Sequence record: OR532817.1
Direction: 5' to 3' (one strand)
Length of the DNA stretch: 64,000 nt
Part shown: positions 59,224 to 64,000 of the stretch, piece after piece
Numbering within the stretch: the first letter of the stretch is position 1
Layout: the number at the start of each line of letters is the position of its first letter
Position numbers and translations under genes: made by a program
The notes under the pieces: generated by a model
What the model was told of the DNA's origin: nothing
Seen by the model: the letters and a program-made list of their open reading frames with translations, nothing else
Database searches by the model: none

Positions 59224-61308
59224 ATGTCATTAGCTAATTTAAATTCAACAAACTCGAAAAGTATGTTGATCAATTCAGGAACATTTAGGAGTGGGGTTTA
59301 TATAACCTCACCCAATCAATTTCTATCATATACAGACAATAATGGTATGAATGCTGCATATTATTATACTGGTGCACTACCCTATACAACTATATCAAAT
59401 ACACCAGCATCGGATAGTTCATTATGGAAAATATTATACATAGCCGATAAGTTTTCGTATTTGAAAACAGATATTGTACCAATCACTAGTGGTGGTACTG
59501 GAGCTAATAATATATCTAATGCAAGAACTAACTTTGGTTTAGGCACTGCTGATACCCCAACGTTCCAGAGTCTTAATATTCAGTACAGTTCCAATGAACC
59601 AAAAATTAATTTAAATAATTCAATAATTAGATCTAACACCAGTAACGCATTAGTTGTTAGTGCATTACAAGGGATTTATTTACGTCCAGCAGGTGACAAT
59701 GTTTCGAGTCCACAAATTTTATATTCTACGGCTGGGGCATTGACAATGACAAACACTAATGTTACAGTTAACGGTAATGTTAGTGTTAACGGTAGTTTAA
59801 CATTAAGTACTGCATTAGCACTTTCAAGTGGTGGAACTGGGGCAACTGATGCACCCACAGCGAGAACAAATTTAGGATTAGGTACATCATCAACTGTTGA
59901 TACTGGTACAAGTGGTGCCACAATTCCATTGCTAAGTACTGCAAATACATGGTCATCTACTCAAACTATACAAGGCAACTTAGTTGTTGGTGTATCAGGT
60001 ACGAGTACTATTAATTTGGGTGCTTCTGCTTTTATGCGAGATAATGGATCAAAAGCATTAATTATCACGTCCAACTCAGCATCTGATGCATCCCCTGCTG
60101 GTCTGTATCTACGACCGATGGGTGATACTGTAAGTAATGTGCAAATTTATGGTAACAGTACTGGATGGTCAGTCAATGGTAATACTCAAATTTCTGGAAC
60201 ATTTTCTAATACAGGAAATGCTTCATTTTTGAATAGTGCGTATACAGTTGATAGTACTGGGATATACTCATCAAGTACTGGTAAAGTGTTGGGTGCTGTT
60301 GGTACACCGTGGAGTAATACTTATACTAATACATTAACATCTGGTACATCAGCACAGCTTTATTTGAATTCAACATCCGGTACTATAAATTTACAAAATT
60401 CCGGTGTAACCACATATACATACACATCTAGTGCTTTTAGTCCAGCAACAACGGGTAAAAACTCAGCGGCGGTTGGAACTCCGTGGAGTATAACATATAG
60501 CAATTCTATTACATCAGGAACCAGTACTGCATTAACTTTAAATGGTACTTCATCCAACATAAATATGCAAATAGCTGGAACTACGATATTGCAATTGGGG
60601 TCAGCTAACTTAATTATCAACAATAACATAGGAATGCAATCTAAAAATACTTCAAATACAGCATTAGATTTGATAAAAATTGATAGTTCTAATATTTCAC
60701 AAATTGGTAATACATCAATTCCAACAAATATTAATTCTTCAGTTAATCCTACAGTCAAGGTTGGTGCAAATACTTATACATTGTATAGTACTGGAAACAA
60801 ACCTACGGTAAGTGCATTTAGAGCAAGCTATTTAACCACCGCTGGTTCTGATTCTAAACAAACATTAACTGCATCTAATACACCACAGACTTTATTGGTC
60901 AATACTATAACTGCTGCGTCGAGTATCATAACTGCTAACACCAGTACTGGTACATTTTTATCTAATGTTACACAGGGCATGATGATGTCAATTAATGCAC
61001 AGATTATTAGAGAAGTAACTGGTGGTGGTGATGTTTATTGGATGATGTTTTTGGAAACAAGTCCTGATGGAACGACATGGACACCAGTTACAGGTTCAAA
61101 TAGAATAGTTACATTAAGTTCTAGTACTACAAATGAAATGAAACAAGTAGATTTTTCAGTAGCAATACAATCTACAGCGGGAACATATCTTAGAATTCGA
61201 CATGCATGTACAGATAGTACTAAAACCGTTTCTGTAATTTCTAAAGATTCGTTATTTGCAGGTGTTCCAATTTCATCTGGTTTGATAGTAAGTTTCTTAA
61301 CTATATAA
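59224..61308 (+). CDS. tail fibre protein (non-beta-helix)
   Basis: shares only the first N-terminal module; two GGTGA...ARTNxGLG repeats; repeated LRPxGD and AVGTPWS units. Confidence 0.82.
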   Translation: MSLANLNSTNSKSMLINSGTFRSGVYITSPNQFLSYTDNNGMNAAYYYTGALPYTTISNTPASDSSLWKILYIADKFSYLKTDIVPITSGGTGANNISNARTNFGLGTADTPTFQSLNIQYSSNEPKINLNNSIIRSNTSNALVVSALQGIYLRPAGDNVSSPQILYSTAGALTMTNTNVTVNGNVSVNGSLTLSTALALSSGGTGATDAPTARTNLGLGTSSTVDTGTSGATIPLLSTANTWSSTQTIQGNLVVGVSGTSTINLGASAFMRDNGSKALIITSNSASDASPAGLYLRPMGDTVSNVQIYGNSTGWSVNGNTQISGTFSNTGNASFLNSAYTVDSTGIYSSSTGKVLGAVGTPWSNTYTNTLTSGTSAQLYLNSTSGTINLQNSGVTTYTYTSSAFSPATTGKNSAAVGTPWSITYSNSITSGTSTALTLNGTSSNINMQIAGTTILQLGSANLIINNNIGMQSKNTSNTALDLIKIDSSNISQIGNTSIPTNINSSVNPTVKVGANTYTLYSTGNKPTVSAFRASYLTTAGSDSKQTLTASNTPQTLLVNTITAASSIITANTSTGTFLSNVTQGMMMSINAQIIREVTGGGDVYWMMFLETSPDGTTWTPVTGSNRIVTLSSSTTNEMKQVDFSVAIQSTAGTYLRIRHACTDSTKTVSVISKDSLFAGVPISSGLIVSFLTI

Positions 61309-61312
61309 TAAT

Positions 61313-61346
61313 AAAAAAAGCCGCAATTTATGTTGCGGCTTTTTTT
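61313..61346. terminator. intrinsic terminator ending the RBP cluster
   Basis: AAAAAAAGCCGCAA...TTGCGGCTTTTTTT. Confidence 0.9.
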
Positions 61347-61394
61347 ACATTATGATATTATTACATCATTCTAAATCCATTTAAAAATCTTTTA

Positions 61395-61423
61395 TTGACA
61401 AAGGATCTATTTTAAGTTAAAAT
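61395..61423 (+). promoter_or_regulatory. strong sigma70-like promoter
   Basis: TTGACA-17-TAAAAT. Confidence 0.8.
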
Positions 61424-61451
61424 GCAAAAATAACTATCAAGAGACTGAAAA

Positions 61452-61955
61452 ATGGCTAAATTTGATCTACTACCAAAAAAGTATACTTTTGTATTACATT
61501 TACTAAGAAGAAGTTCAGTACTAAAATCGTTAGTACCTGATGATAAATCAAGAAAAGAACTTATTGAATGCATGTATGATATGTCCAGACATACATTATA
61601 TAAATTATTAAAGGATTATAGTACTGATCCGTTTAATTCACGCTTTGAACTAAATTCTTCACCGAATTATGTATCATTAGCGTCCATTGAAAAGTTTGAA
61701 CTAAGAGACAAAACTAACAATATTCTTTTATGTATCAGCAACTATAATGGCAGTACCGAAAAATACAACCCAAAGTATATCAAATGTAATGCATATATCA
61801 ATGGAAAGTACACAAGTGATGTTTTAACTGAAAATGAAAAATTGTACTTTTTACGCTTACATGAAGATGTACGAGTAATGATCAAAAACTTTGATGAATT
61901 GGAAAAATATCAGAAAATCAACGAAGTCAAAGATGAATTAAAAAGGTTATATTAA
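61452..61955 (+). CDS. hypothetical protein
   Basis: 167-aa ORF. Confidence 0.8.
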   Translation: MAKFDLLPKKYTFVLHLLRRSSVLKSLVPDDKSRKELIECMYDMSRHTLYKLLKDYSTDPFNSRFELNSSPNYVSLASIEKFELRDKTNNILLCISNYNGSTEKYNPKYIKCNAYINGKYTSDVLTENEKLYFLRLHEDVRVMIKNFDELEKYQKINEVKDELKRLY

Positions 61956-62443
61956 TGGCTATTGCACCCAAGAAACCAAAACCAAACGATAACTCAGTAA
62001 AATGCATGTTAGGTGCATTGTTATTATCCAAAAGTTTAATACTAATGGAGTACAATAACAAAAGAGATATTTTAAATGCGAAGTACTACAATTCAAAAGT
62101 CTCACAAGAGGTATATCATTTCTGTAAGTACTGTGTGAACAATCCATCAGATATAAGTTATTTTAATGAAAGTGGTAATTTAAGATACCAAAATCCTGTT
62201 TTTGAATTTTATATCGAACATTATGATATGGGATTCAAATATTCATCACAATCTGATGTTGTATACTTTAAAGTTCAAAATAATTGGATGGAATTCAGTA
62301 CTAACAAATATGACAAAATGTTATTGAGTTCAGTATTTTTCTGTTTATCAGAAAGAGAAAGAAATGAAAAAATTCTTTCCAATATACAAAATACAATAGA
62401 TAGTAAATTGCGTTATCTTGCTATGTATAAGGAGACAAAATGA
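61955..62443 (+). CDS. hypothetical protein
   Basis: 162 aa, TAATG coupling. Confidence 0.8.
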   Translation: MAIAPKKPKPNDNSVKCMLGALLLSKSLILMEYNNKRDILNAKYYNSKVSQEVYHFCKYCVNNPSDISYFNESGNLRYQNPVFEFYIEHYDMGFKYSSQSDVVYFKVQNNWMEFSTNKYDKMLLSSVFFCLSERERNEKILSNIQNTIDSKLRYLAMYKETK

Positions 62444-62838
62444 CAATTGATGATATTTACAGTACAATAAGGAATTTGGATAAGTACAAAAAAGTTTTTG
62501 ATTCAATTAACCGTAACATTTTTTATGGTATTGGTACTTATGATATTATACAACTGGAATACGATCAGGAAGGAAAAAGTGGTATAAATTTCGTGTGTCC
62601 ACGTGACAGTGAAAACAATTTCATGTATGTTGAAGTGAACGAAGATGGCATCAAATTTACAAAAATCTTCAAAGGTGGAATTGATTACGAAGAACTGGAT
62701 TTGAATGAAGAAGATAGTTTCTTTCAACAAGATACTGTTATAAATCTTGGTTTTTCATTACAAGAGTACAGAGAAATGCATAAAGATTTTATGCGTTATT
62801 ACAATGGCTTCCTCAAAGAATTAACGGTACATTTATGA
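62440..62838 (+). CDS. hypothetical protein
   Basis: 132 aa, AAGGAG RBS. Confidence 0.8.
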   Translation: MTIDDIYSTIRNLDKYKKVFDSINRNIFYGIGTYDIIQLEYDQEGKSGINFVCPRDSENNFMYVEVNEDGIKFTKIFKGGIDYEELDLNEEDSFFQQDTVINLGFSLQEYREMHKDFMRYYNGFLKELTVHL

Positions 62839-63299
62839 ATCTCAATACAAGTGAAATGTTCTTTAATGATGTAAAATCAAAATTTCTAAAAAATGATGGT
62901 AGTGGTTTTGATGAAAAAATCAAAGAAGTAGTATTGCGTTGGAAAAATAGTCCAGTACTGAATAATATATGCCCTCGCTGGTCATGTCAAAGTCATGATT
63001 ATGATGATTTTAATACTTATTATTACATTATATTCTGTACCCAAAACGATGGTGCGGAATTTCTGTACAATAAAGTATTGAAAAAGCTAATCGAACTCAG
63101 TGCAAAGTACGGTGTGATGGATAATTGTTGGGAATACAAGGTAATCCAGTTAATGAACACAATTGATAATAATCACACACCCTTTGAACCACACGTAGAA
63201 ATTGCATGTAGAGTATTTGGGGATTATAATAAAATTTGTATTTTAGAAAAAGTATGGTTAGAATTACTAGAAGGTATTGAAAAAGAATATGGGCAATAA
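62835..63299 (+). CDS. hypothetical protein
   Basis: 154 aa, ATGA coupling. Confidence 0.8.
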   Translation: MNLNTSEMFFNDVKSKFLKNDGSGFDEKIKEVVLRWKNSPVLNNICPRWSCQSHDYDDFNTYYYIIFCTQNDGAEFLYNKVLKKLIELSAKYGVMDNCWEYKVIQLMNTIDNNHTPFEPHVEIACRVFGDYNKICILEKVWLELLEGIEKEYGQ

Positions 63300-64000
63300 T
63301 AATTTTTTAGAACAAAATATAGTTAAACATCTTGCAGGTTCAAATGCATATGGTACTAATACCCCTGAAAGTGATGTTGATTACAGGGGTATTTTTTTAG
63401 CATCAAAAGAATATATCATGACTCCCTTTTATAATGTAAAAGAAGTCACTGATTCTTCAGAAGAAGATACAAAATTTTATGAATTGAATCAGTACATGAA
63501 ATTATATCTGGACGCTAATCCAAACATTCTCGAAAGTTTATGGGTAGATCCATCAGATATCGTTGATAGTACTGAATTTTATGATTATCTACGCAAACAC
63601 AATGCTGATTTACTAAGTTCACGAATTGCATTTACTTATACTGGTTATGCTTATAATCAGGTAACTCGTATGAAAAATCATCACGGTTGGATGGATAAAG
63701 AACGTACAGCAGAAAATAGATTAAATGAAATTATTTCTTTATATCCATATGTTATCACAAAAGAATGGATGTATGATACGTTTCCAGATTATCTGGTTGA
63801 ACGCGTATTAAAAGATGTAATCTTATCAAACATGAACATTTTAATTGATTTTGAAAAATTAATGCGTGATACTTCATTACAACTGGTTTCTATTGTTCCA
63901 CTGAAGCAATACCATTTTGTTAAATTGGTGCACAATTACAGTACTGAAAAAGTTCTTGATCGTGATTTCAATTTACTGAATTACAATAATGGTTATGAAT
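63289..64000 (+). CDS. Pol-beta-superfamily nucleotidyltransferase (RlaP-like), 3'-truncated by the window edge; not in ORF track
   Basis: LAGSNAYGTNTPESDVDYRGIF (GS...DxD), NPNILESLW; frame open to 64000. Confidence 0.85.
   Translation, partial: MGNNNFLEQNIVKHLAGSNAYGTNTPESDVDYRGIFLASKEYIMTPFYNVKEVTDSSEEDTKFYELNQYMKLYLDANPNILESLWVDPSDIVDSTEFYDYLRKHNADLLSSRIAFTYTGYAYNQVTRMKNHHGWMDKERTAENRLNEIISLYPYVITKEWMYDTFPDYLVERVLKDVILSNMNILIDFEKLMRDTSLQLVSIVPLKQYHFVKLVHNYSTEKVLDRDFNLLNYNNGYE

Larger units (their letters stand above)
86..63946. repeat. dispersed, highly iterated palindrome AGTACT (often CAGTACTG or TTCAGTACTGAA)
   Basis: about 160 copies by manual count, versus about 20 expected from base composition. 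Confidence 0.85.

Noticed and set aside
72-62730. Many short opposite-strand or overlapping ORFs in the track (e.g. 72-287, 8050-8289, 50750-51076, 59676-59921)
   Set aside because: They are antisense shadows of well-supported genes, lack an RBS and have atypical composition.
1-64000. tRNA genes, rRNA and CRISPR arrays
   Set aside because: No cloverleaf or T-loop (GTTCGA) signature and no regularly spaced direct repeats were seen by eye; a tRNAscan run would be needed to be certain.
1-64000. Stop-codon reassignment
   Set aside because: Genes tile densely under the standard code, and known enzymes are full length.

Overview
AT-rich (roughly 30% GC, estimated by eye) segment of a lytic jumbo myophage. 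The gene content and RBP N-termini resemble the Klebsiella RaK2/K64-1 (Alcyoneusvirus) type. Bases 1-38.4 kb hold a mostly + strand early/middle region: arrays of small hypothetical ORFs, RNA ligase 1, PNK/phosphatase, Ser/Thr phosphatase, Pth2-like protein, ATP-dependent DNA ligase, ClpP, two free-standing endonuclease-like genes, dCMP deaminase, the NAD salvage pair NadM-Nudix + NAMPT, a Sir2 / NUDT16-like / cyclic-phosphate-receiver operon, PhoH, and an nrdD-grcA-DUF4326-nrdG operon. Bases 38.4-61.3 kb hold a divergently transcribed cluster of nine receptor-binding proteins (eight tailspike/depolymerase-like genes and one fibre), most with their own terminator and late-promoter cassette. 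The window ends with more early genes and a truncated nucleotidyltransferase. Four observations stand out: (1) the palindrome AGTACT is highly over-represented, in all reading frames, but absent from the spike catalytic domains; (2) a perfect FNR box sits at -41.5 of the nrdD promoter; (3) a full-length homologue of eukaryotic NUDT16 is translationally coupled to a sirtuin; (4) a 119-nt structured RNA candidate lies at 32589-32707. No tRNA or CRISPR array was seen. All counts are manual and approximate, and all homology calls come from motif recognition, not database searches.
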